DNA of 32,000 nucleotides from an uncultured Eubacteriales bacterium (GTDB lineage Bacteria; Bacillota; Clostridia; Oscillospirales; Oscillospiraceae): NCBI GenBank assembly GCA_900317375.1, contig ONGJ01000002.1, positions 23,054 to 55,053 of the forward strand, read 5' to 3'. Shown piece by piece: positions 23,883 to 32,000 of this stretch (position 1 is its first letter; each line of letters starts with the position of its first letter). The notes under the pieces were generated by a model. It saw only the letters and a program-made list of their open reading frames with translations, ran no database searches and was not told where the DNA came from. The position numbers and the translations under genes were made by a program.

Positions 23883-26800
23883 TCAGCCCTCCTTTTCCAG
23901 AAAGCGTTTTTCGAAAACAGCAGGTCCCATGAAACGCTTTTCTGCACCGGAGTCGAACTTCACGCTGACCATATACTCGCCATGGCGATCAGGCGCACTT
24001 ATGCCGGTAATGATACCAGGACCGAATTTCTTATGTGTGATTCTCGTTCCTTCATCAAAGACGGAAGTATCAACCGGGACTACCGCCGGCTTTATTTCCG
24101 GCTGCGTGGCTGCGGCAAGTGTAGAGGACACAGGGGGCACGACTGGCTCAGCGGCTTTGGGCATCGGCGGTTCGATTACAGGCTTGGGATATGCCTCTGC
24201 CTTGACTTCAACAGGCTTGCTTGCAGGCGGTTTTGACCGTTTATCGGCTTCTTTGCTATACGATACAACTTTGGATTCACGTTTTTCTTTCTCCTCAGCA
24301 CGCCTTGCCTTTGATGCCATAGACTGTCTCTGCAGCTCGTCCATACGATTATACTCGTCTTTGGAGATTACCGTGCTGAACAGGCCAACGTTCTCATCGT
24401 CAGCGTGTTTGTTGATACCCGTGTATTCCAGGGAGGAGTCTTCATAACGCTTGAAATGATATACTGCGTCGTTCATAACAGCGTCATTGAACACGTTAAG
24501 GGAAACGAGCAATTCAAAATCCTTTATGGTCAAACCAGTCACTTTCCGGAAAAGGGCCGGTTCAAACTGCGTGATGACATCCTTCAGGGACATCTCGCGG
24601 AAATCAGACAAATACATGAAGATCGGAATACGCGTTGCAAACTTGATCAGCTTTTCCTGAATCTGTTTTCTCTTGGATTTGTATTCCTTCTCTTCCTGCG
24701 TCAGCTGCTCTTTTTCTTTCTTGGTCAGTTTTTCTTTGCTCTTGAGCTTCTTTACCGCGTTCGACTTGTTGATGATCGTCTCGATATCTCCGCGCAAAGA
24801 GCGGAACCCTTCAATGTTCTCCAAAGCTTTCAGCGCTTCCGGACTGTTCAGGATTTTTTCCAGTGTCTCGTTATCCACGTTGACCAGCAACGCGGATTCC
24901 CAACGGCGCGCGAGCAATGTGGCTGACGTGCCGGCCATCGTCATATCCAGAATATCCGCAGCGGAAACAGCGGTCATTCTGCTTCCGTCATAGGCCAGAA
25001 CCGGCAGAAAGTTCACGAAATCCGCGACTTTTTTCTCCGGGTTAGATTCCTTCACATCAAGCTTGCAGCTGTAGTCGGCAACCTGGCGGAGAGCTCGGTC
25101 GATAGCAAAGTCAAAAACATAGCATTCCTGCTTCATGATCTCGGTCGTACCGTCTTCATTTTTCATCGTCCATGGCGACTGCACGCGGAACGCAGCCTGG
25201 AAGTATGTTTCAGGTGATGACAGGTTTCGAAGCATGAAGATGCCGGTCCAGGGTTTTACCGTGACACCGGTGGTCAATTTGCCGCAGGAAAGTGTGATCG
25301 ATTTTGTCTCCAATGCAGGATCCATGGATCTCCTGACAGGCGCCAGCGCTGCCAGGCCGATCCCCGCCTCAGCTCCGGCGCACACATTTACCGTGTAGTC
25401 ATGGTAGAACGTATTCGCCCTGTCCGCAAGCAGATTCTTCATGGCATAGCAGGACGCTACACTCGGGAGGAACCAGAATGTATGGGTCAGCAGATTGAGA
25501 AGTCTTGCATCAGAGAAAGGCATGGCCGGCTTGTCCGCGTTGCCTGAAAGGATATCGTCCCGGGTCGCAGACGCATGAGCGCCGCGAATCAGGTTAAGCC
25601 ACTTCTGGACCGATGATTCATGAATAAACTTGGCCTCTGTAACCGGATGTTCTTTCTCTACCGCAGCTTTGAAGAATTCATTGAGATCAAACTCATTGAT
25701 ATCGCTGTTGTAGGCAATGCTGCGAATATCATCCGGCATCTTGTATGTCATCAGAACCATGCGCGGAAGTGCAGCATACGGGTTTTCACCCGGACCTTTC
25801 CAGTTTTCTTTCTCCCGCTGTTCATCGGAATAGGTCCAACTGAAGATCTGATCCTCCATGAACTCGCCATTGTTCAGAGCACGGAAAGGTGTGCCGGACA
25901 GGAAGAGATAATACTTGGTCGTAATCGGCAGGAATGATTCATTATACGCGTTGTCTGCCTCTTCAGCTTTATACTTCTCGATATCCAGCGTATCGTAGGA
26001 GTCTTCATCTTCCATCAGGAAGAGTTTTTTCGCGTTTTCGCGCCATGCGCCAAAATGGTACTCGTCAAAAACCACCAGATCCCAATTTGTGGCGTGAACC
26101 CACTCATTCTTCGCTTTGATTCCGCCAGCATCGTTTGTCCCGAGGTAATCCTGGAAACTGCCGAAACAGACGATCGGGCGCTTCTGATCCAGTTTATCCG
26201 GTGTCTTTCCGGTTTCCATTTCTGTTTTGCGCGAGTAGAATTGCCAGCCGTTGAAATCCACATGGTTCATCAGATCCTCTTCCCAGGCGTCTTCAACCGC
26301 CGGTTTGAAGGTGAGAACGAGAACCTTTTGCATTTTCATGCGTTTGGCAAGCTCATACGTTGCAAAGGTCTTTCCAAAACGCATCTTGCAGTTCCAGAGG
26401 AATTTGGCTGTTTTGGCAGGATTGGCCATGGTTTCCCGGAAGAAATATGCCGCTGTCTGTTTGACGGCCCTCTCCTGCTCAGGCCGCATTTTGAATGTCC
26501 ACGTACGGTTTTCTGCATTGTCGGAATGGGTCTTGACCGCAATAATCGCGGCTTTGACCTGATCCAATGTGCATTTGTAGAACTCGGTCTCTTTTCCGTC
26601 CGCGGAAAGCGCCGGCAGCAGACCGCGCCGTTTCAATGCTTTGTGAACGTCTTTATCCGTGAATGATCCGCCATCCGCATAAAGCGCTGATTCATAATGC
26701 AGAATTTGAAACGGCCTTCCAGTCGCCGGTCTGAGTGTTGGGTACTGCTCCTCAATGCGTTCGATAACAGGCCGGGCTGTATAACCTACTTTCAGATATC

Positions 26801-26891
26801 CTTTGTAAATCGGGTTGGTATCTTCGTAGACGTATACAGTCGGGTTAATATCTGGACGTTGATGAGCATATTTGTCAAAGATATCAGGCAT
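23883..26891 (-). CDS. 1002-aa nuclease-helicase: N-terminal GIY-YIG/T5orf172-like domain, SF2 (SNF2/ResIII-like) helicase, Lys/Glu coiled-coil, Pro-rich linker, C-terminal PcrA/UvrD-type Tudor-like domain
   Basis: aa 17-118 read VYVYED..YKGYLKVGYTARPVIERIEEQ...VHKALKRRG...GKETEFYKCTLDQV (GIY-YIG-like). Helicase motif I is RFGKTF (171-176), motif II is VVFDEYH (273-279), motif III is LSGTPF (331-336) and motif VI is QAAFRVQ (565-571). The KE-rich segment spans 712-748 and the Pro-rich segment 886-940. The tail is GTRITHKKFGPGIITGI...VSVKFDSGAEKRF (948-987). Confidence 0.75.
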   Translation of the reverse strand: MPDIFDKYAHQRPDINPTVYVYEDTNPIYKGYLKVGYTARPVIERIEEQYPTLRPATGRPFQILHYESALYADGGSFTDKDVHKALKRRGLLPALSADGKETEFYKCTLDQVKAAIIAVKTHSDNAENRTWTFKMRPEQERAVKQTAAYFFRETMANPAKTAKFLWNCKMRFGKTFATYELAKRMKMQKVLVLTFKPAVEDAWEEDLMNHVDFNGWQFYSRKTEMETGKTPDKLDQKRPIVCFGSFQDYLGTNDAGGIKAKNEWVHATNWDLVVFDEYHFGAWRENAKKLFLMEDEDSYDTLDIEKYKAEEADNAYNESFLPITTKYYLFLSGTPFRALNNGEFMEDQIFSWTYSDEQREKENWKGPGENPYAALPRMVLMTYKMPDDIRSIAYNSDINEFDLNEFFKAAVEKEHPVTEAKFIHESSVQKWLNLIRGAHASATRDDILSGNADKPAMPFSDARLLNLLTHTFWFLPSVASCYAMKNLLADRANTFYHDYTVNVCAGAEAGIGLAALAPVRRSMDPALETKSITLSCGKLTTGVTVKPWTGIFMLRNLSSPETYFQAAFRVQSPWTMKNEDGTTEIMKQECYVFDFAIDRALRQVADYSCKLDVKESNPEKKVADFVNFLPVLAYDGSRMTAVSAADILDMTMAGTSATLLARRWESALLVNVDNETLEKILNSPEALKALENIEGFRSLRGDIETIINKSNAVKKLKSKEKLTKKEKEQLTQEEKEYKSKRKQIQEKLIKFATRIPIFMYLSDFREMSLKDVITQFEPALFRKVTGLTIKDFELLVSLNVFNDAVMNDAVYHFKRYEDSSLEYTGINKHADDENVGLFSTVISKDEYNRMDELQRQSMASKARRAEEKEKRESKVVSYSKEADKRSKPPASKPVEVKAEAYPKPVIEPPMPKAAEPVVPPVSSTLAAATQPEIKPAVVPVDTSVFDEGTRITHKKFGPGIITGISAPDRHGEYMVSVKFDSGAEKRFMGPAVFEKRFLEKEG

Positions 26892-26894
26892 TTT

Positions 26895-28430
26895 TTACTC
26901 ATCACCTCCAGAAAGCTCCATTGGGCGAATCACAGATTCAATATAATCGATTTCATCTTCTGTTAAATTGTACTTGGAGTATAATGCTTCATCGTTCCAA
27001 GGCTTCTTGAAATCTTGAACCGGAAGGAATATAAACGCGTTTTTAGTAATCATTATCGAAGAAGTAGCCTGCAAAATCATAAATCTTGCAAATTTGGTTT
27101 TAAGATAGTTGTAAAGATTCTCTGCTTCAGTTTGGTTGTCGAAGCTCATTACAACCACATATGTCTCGCTGCATACCTCCTTAGGTCCAAGCAGCTCTAA
27201 GATGGAAAGCACTCGATTCTGCCCGTTTTTATCAGTTTTTCCGCCATGCTCATAAAACACCCGAGATACAATAACATTCCATTTATCGATGTTTTCCTCG
27301 CCAACTGTAACCTTCTCGCGCTGTAAAGGACCGCGTCCACCATTCCACCGAAGTGTCAACTCACCCACTTCATCAGGGCGCGCATAGGTTCTTAACCCAA
27401 ATGGTCTTTGAGGACTTACGTATTTTGCCAAGTTTTCTTCACCACGGCTGAGAATCTTTTCAACGACAGATACTGCAAGGTTAGAGCGGATAAGAATTGG
27501 AAATTGATCTAAATCCCGATAGGCTTCGTTCATCTTACTGCCATCAATGTTCACTATCTTACACTTTCCTGAATACTCTCGATCCCACAGGAAATAACAT
27601 ATTCCGCCAGAAATATCTACGCCTGGAAAACACTCGTCGGAATTTGCATAGTCATAGAGTTCTCTTAAACTCTTGTCTGCTAGCATAGCATTTCTGAATT
27701 TATCTAAGCCGCGCCCGCCTGCATACCAGCGCGATGGAATAATCATAGTCATATAACGAGGATTTAGTTTTTTTGCTTGTTCAATAAACTTATGGTAAAT
27801 GGGAATTGCACTTGCATTATTTCCCCCATCAGAAAGCTGATATGGCGGGTTCGAGATTATTACGTCAAATTTCATGTTCCAAATATCCTCCGGATCTACA
27901 GTATGAATCCATTCATATGCATGTGTTTCAAGATCTGCAGGCCTTTCATATTTTTTTGCGCTTGCTCCACACCAAGAGCACTTTTTATCGTCATCTACAC
28001 CGACCCAATTATGCTGTATACGATGGAACATGATGTTCCCCTGCACATCGTCTTCACCGAAATCCACGATTGAAAACGGGCTGTTTGGGTATTTGCTGCA
28101 ATAGATGCTGCGGCGGGATAGAAGCGAGGTCAGCTCTGTAATCGCAATACCATATAGCTGGTTTTTGAAGATCCAGTCTAAGCATTCCTCAAGCGAATCA
28201 AACTGGTCGCGTTCCCCTGCGATGAATCTTTTTGCAGCTTCACGAAGGAAGACACCACTTTTGCAGGCCGGATCCAGAATCTTGGTTTCTTTATTCCTGA
28301 ATAGCTCCTGCGGCAGCAGATCAAGCATTTTGTTTGCTACTTCAGGCGGTGTAAAGACTTCGTCGTTTGACAGGTCTGCCAGGCAGGAAAGCACGTCCGG
28401 CTTATACAAGCGTTCAAATATGTTCTCCAT
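26895..28430 (-). CDS. Gamma-class N6-adenine DNA methyltransferase (Eco57I-like catalytic domain + TaqI-like C-terminal specificity domain)
   Basis: 511 aa. Motif X is DEVFTPPEVANKML, motif I is ILDPACKSGVFL (Lys where the first Gly of GxG is usual) and motif IV is VIISNPPYQ (aa 194-197). The C-terminus ends in LPVQDF..PWNDEALYSKYNLTEDEIDYIE. It lies 3 nt upstream of the helicase gene and overlaps the YhcG gene by 17 nt. Confidence 0.8.
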   Translation of the reverse strand: MENIFERLYKPDVLSCLADLSNDEVFTPPEVANKMLDLLPQELFRNKETKILDPACKSGVFLREAAKRFIAGERDQFDSLEECLDWIFKNQLYGIAITELTSLLSRRSIYCSKYPNSPFSIVDFGEDDVQGNIMFHRIQHNWVGVDDDKKCSWCGASAKKYERPADLETHAYEWIHTVDPEDIWNMKFDVIISNPPYQLSDGGNNASAIPIYHKFIEQAKKLNPRYMTMIIPSRWYAGGRGLDKFRNAMLADKSLRELYDYANSDECFPGVDISGGICYFLWDREYSGKCKIVNIDGSKMNEAYRDLDQFPILIRSNLAVSVVEKILSRGEENLAKYVSPQRPFGLRTYARPDEVGELTLRWNGGRGPLQREKVTVGEENIDKWNVIVSRVFYEHGGKTDKNGQNRVLSILELLGPKEVCSETYVVVMSFDNQTEAENLYNYLKTKFARFMILQATSSIMITKNAFIFLPVQDFKKPWNDEALYSKYNLTEDEIDYIESVIRPMELSGGDE

Positions 28431-29631
28431 GCTGGATTTCCTCCTTTATCCGTCGGTTCATATGAAACTCTGCTTCTGCGATTTCGATCTGCTCCTGGAT
28501 CTGATCAACTGTAGGCAGGTAGTCCTGGATTTCTTTGATCTTTACATTGTCATATGTAGCGACGCCCATCGGCGTCGTGATCCCCTGAAATGCCAACTGC
28601 ACTTCGGTACGATCCATATCTTTGCAGATCAACAGGCCAAGGGTAGGATTGTCACTGTCGCGGCGGATCAGCCTGTTTACAGCGTTGACATAGAAATTCA
28701 GCTTGCCCGCGAATTCCGGTTCAAAGGCTTTCACCTTCAGTTCGATCACAACATAGCATCTCAGATAAATATGATAAAACAGGAGATCGATTTTTCTTGT
28801 TTTCCCGGAAACAATGATTTCTTTCTGCCGCCCTACGAAAGCCCAGCCATCGCCCAGTTCCAGAAGGAATCGGGTCATTCTCTGTTCGATGGCCGTTTCC
28901 AGGTCTGTCTCGTCATGTTCGTTCGGCAGAGTAATGAAGCCCAAATCGTAGTTTTCTTTCAGGAGTTCCTGGGCAAGCTTACTCTGTGGCGCAGGAAGCC
29001 TCTCATCAAAGTTTGTGACCGCCGTGCCTGTTTTATGGTAGATATCTGCCTGCATGCTGTTTTCCAATGCGCTGCGGCTCCAGCCAGCTTCGATCGTACG
29101 CCGGATATAAAACAGCGCTTCCGCTATGGACGAACATTTCGTGATGATCTCCAGATGATGTCCCCATGGAACATAGCCAAATGCAATGGGAAACGGATAT
29201 TCTGCAACAACCTGTTGCAGTTTTTCAGATGGGATTTCTGCAGCAACTTGTTGCAGTTTTTCCTGATCATGCTCTACGATCTGGTTCAAATCGGAAATGA
29301 GAGCTGTGGATTCCGGAACAGCATAAAAGCTGTACCATTTTTTCATATTCCACAAATTTCTGGCGGAAAAGCCTTTCACATCCGGAAACGCAGCCTGCAG
29401 ATCCAAACTCACCTGCTCGACGATTCCACTGCCCCACTTTTCTTCTGCCTTTCGGATAACAAGATCCCGTCCAAGCTGCCAATTGAAGAGCAATTGTTCG
29501 GAATTTACCTTTACAGCAGCCTTGATTTGTGTTTTGCGAAACCGCTGCTTTACATCCTGTATCCATTGTATATAATCGTCATCCAACTTCACATCGTGAA
29601 TGCGGACGAGCGCAGGTTTAATACTCTCCAT
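28414..29631 (-). CDS. YhcG/DUF1016-family PD-(D/E)XK nuclease
   Basis: 405 aa. The N-terminal part reads IKAAVKVNSEQLLFNWQLGRDLV and YVPWGHHLEI. The nuclease core is KIDLLFYHIYLRCYVVIELKVKAFEPEFAGKLNFYVNAV (D...ELK). Confidence 0.75.
   Translation of the reverse strand: MESIKPALVRIHDVKLDDDYIQWIQDVKQRFRKTQIKAAVKVNSEQLLFNWQLGRDLVIRKAEEKWGSGIVEQVSLDLQAAFPDVKGFSARNLWNMKKWYSFYAVPESTALISDLNQIVEHDQEKLQQVAAEIPSEKLQQVVAEYPFPIAFGYVPWGHHLEIITKCSSIAEALFYIRRTIEAGWSRSALENSMQADIYHKTGTAVTNFDERLPAPQSKLAQELLKENYDLGFITLPNEHDETDLETAIEQRMTRFLLELGDGWAFVGRQKEIIVSGKTRKIDLLFYHIYLRCYVVIELKVKAFEPEFAGKLNFYVNAVNRLIRRDSDNPTLGLLICKDMDRTEVQLAFQGITTPMGVATYDNVKIKEIQDYLPTVDQIQEQIEIAEAEFHMNRRIKEEIQHGEHI
29207..29262 (-). repeat. 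In-frame tandem duplication of ~12 codons inside the YhcG gene
   Basis: The plus strand has cTGTTGCAGTTTTTC...(36-37 nt later)...tTGTTGCAGTTTTTC. The protein reads EKLQQVAAEIPS / EKLQQVVAEYPF. Confidence 0.6.
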
Positions 29632-30301
29632 GCTGAACCTCCCAGTAGTTTATCGGAGCATATTCGCGGATAGGGGCAGGGATCCATGCATCGGTCTCGT
29701 CATCATATTCCCAGTCGCCCATCCACATATCCATGTCCATCTGTTTCTCTTGCGTTTTCATCAGTTCATCGAAGCGATAATCTCTGCGTTTCATCAGATC
29801 GCCGGTCATCAGATCCCACTGGGCGAAGATGATCGGCTCTTTGGTATCATTGCCGTCTGCATCAACACATAGCATAGTAAGAGCATTCCCACAAAGAATG
29901 TTATGCTGAAGAATGTACCTTACAGCGTCCTCGCAATCTCTCAAAGCGTCGTTCTTGCAGACATCATGGTATTCTGACTGCCAGATCTTGAACAGGCGCT
30001 CCTGGCATTCCCGAACGTTGTCATCAAGCAGATCCACGCCGTAGATCGACGATACCGCCAGCACTGCGTATTTCTCGTAATCGGAACGGCTGCTCTGATA
30101 TTTCCTGCGGACTACTGCCAGTTTTCTGCGGAGCACTTCAGCCAAAAAATTACCTGTGCCGCAGGCAGGTTCCAGAAATCGACTTTCAATGCGTTCCGTT
30201 TCCTGTTTTACCAGATCCAACATGGCATTTACTTCACGTTCTGCAGTGAACACTTCTCCGTGATCTGCCACGCGTTCTTTGGATTTTATCTGCTCTGACA
30301 T
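29618..30301 (-). CDS. Methyltransferase-like protein with motifs X and I-III only (no NPPY/motif IV, no specificity domain); truncated paralogue or SAM-binding accessory subunit
   Basis: 227 aa. HGEVFTAEREVNAML (motif X-like), FLEPACGTGNFL (canonical motif I), IYGVDL (II) and NILCGNAL (III). There is no (D/N)PP(Y/F/W) anywhere in the ORF. AAGGAG lies upstream of the ATG. It overlaps the YhcG gene by 14 nt. Confidence 0.6.
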   Translation of the reverse strand: MSEQIKSKERVADHGEVFTAEREVNAMLDLVKQETERIESRFLEPACGTGNFLAEVLRRKLAVVRRKYQSSRSDYEKYAVLAVSSIYGVDLLDDNVRECQERLFKIWQSEYHDVCKNDALRDCEDAVRYILQHNILCGNALTMLCVDADGNDTKEPIIFAQWDLMTGDLMKRRDYRFDELMKTQEKQMDMDMWMGDWEYDDETDAWIPAPIREYAPINYWEVQHGEY

Positions 30302-30861
30302 ATACCTTGATCTCCTTATGCGGATTTAACACAGACGTTTGGCAGCCACATATAATACTGCTTACTCTGCATCTCCATGTTTCTTCCGCTGTTTTTCATA
30401 CGTTTTTCTTACGATCGTATTTTACCGTATAGCTAAGCAATCGTCAACATGTTTCAACGCTAATCACAACAGAAAACGTTTCGGTTCAGCATTTGCGCAC
30501 AATAAGTGAAAACCACTCTGTGTCAGAGATCTTCTACTTTATCAAAAAGTTAAACAGACACAGGTATGTCAAGTTATAATATGTTGTGACAAGATATAAA
30601 AAATAATGTGAAACCTCGTGATACTTTTTGTGTATATATCTGTAAATCCTGTGTAAACCGTTAAAAACATGGCAAAATGGGGAGAAAAAGGCTGTATTAT
30701 GGGGTTTCTAACGGAAAATTTGTACAGATATAATTTCTGGCGTTCCAGCATTCTTGTTTTCCACTAAAAGTTCAACAATTCTATGAAATTTATTCATTTA
30801 GCCTGGATTCCTGTTGTAATTGTTTAATCTCCTTGTCTTGGATTCTGCTTACTACAGTATA

Positions 30862-30897
30862 AAAGAGACGACTCTCATTGTTTGGAGCCGTCTCTTA
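30862..30897 (-). terminator. Intrinsic terminator downstream of lysS
   Basis: The minus strand reads AAGAGACG-(18-nt loop with internal CTC/GAG pairing)-CGTCTCTT followed by TTAT. It lies ~100 nt after the lysS stop. Confidence 0.5.
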
Positions 30898-30927
30898 TAC
30901 GCAAAAGCTAAATTGTAATGTTTTTGG

Positions 30928-30993
30928 ACTAAAAGTTCTCGTTATTTGGTTTTTAACTCATTTAGTCGCTTGTTTTTTTTTGCTTAAAAGTTC

Positions 30994-30996
<3 letters not shown>
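30928..30996. repeat. Direct repeat of ~20 nt, 56 nt apart, the right copy overlapping the lysS stop codon
   Basis: tttttGGACTAAAAGTTCTCgttattt (30921-30947) versus tttttTGCTTAAAAGTTCTCaatttt (30975-31000). A third shorter copy CTAAAAGTTC is at ~30764-30773. Confidence 0.5.

Positions 30997-32000
<1,004 letters not shown>

Noticed and set aside
28105-29673. A 522-aa plus-strand ORF inside the island, antisense to YhcG.
   Set aside because: This is the same mirror-frame effect: it is codon-aligned with the YhcG gene at 28414..29631. It is useful only as evidence that YhcG avoids TTA, CTA and TCA. It is not a gene.
18185-30993. Reading the island as a prophage or an intact ICE/IME.
   Set aside because: There are no integrase, relaxase, replication, capsid, tail or lysis genes. 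The only recombination-flavoured genes are a 75-aa Xis-like HTH and a transposase stub. I describe it as an island of unknown mobility instead.

Overview
32 kb of what looks like a Clostridia-type (Firmicutes) chromosome, judged from gene content, AGGAGG-type RBSs and frequent ATGA-style stop/start overlaps. There are three compositional blocks. (i) 1-13.3 kb is GC-rich housekeeping and accessory DNA. It carries a partial Tdh-like dehydrogenase, a GntR/FadR regulator, an SGNH hydrolase, a 997-aa PAS-GGDEF(degenerate)-EAL-PAS protein, a membrane-anchored esterase with a tandem Cys/His repeat array, an aldo-keto reductase with a 2x[4Fe-4S] tail, a heterodimeric ABC exporter with one degenerate ATP site, and a membrane metallophosphoesterase. 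(ii) 13.4-18.0 kb is a nine-gene, overlap-coupled minus-strand operon with a damage-repair flavour (msrA, fructosamine kinase, GIY-YIG, HD hydrolase, ogg). (iii) 18.2-30.9 kb is an AT-richer island bounded by an IS5-family transposase stub and the 3' end of lysS. The island holds ten co-directional, tightly packed genes that I read as stacked anti-phage modules. Module 1 is a motif-IV-less methyltransferase paralogue, a YhcG/DUF1016 nuclease, a gamma-class N6A methyltransferase and a 1002-aa GIY-YIG/SF2-helicase protein ending in a PcrA/UvrD-like Tudor domain (an ATP-dependent RM-like module of unusual architecture). Module 2 is an RHH gene, a 273-aa unknown protein and a single-ring ClpB-D2-like AAA+ ATPase (Dodola-like by domain content, unverified). 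Module 3 is an Xis-type HTH, an OLD-family ATPase/TOPRIM protein and a compact UvrD-like helicase (Gabija-like). I saw no rRNA, tRNA, CRISPR array, integrase or phage structural genes. The best candidates for something undescribed are the GIY-YIG-helicase-Tudor/methyltransferase module with its split-looking methyltransferase pair, and the RHH + 273-aa + AAA+ trio. All family assignments come from motifs read by eye. No database search was run, and hand-derived non-ORF coordinates may be off by 1-2 nt.
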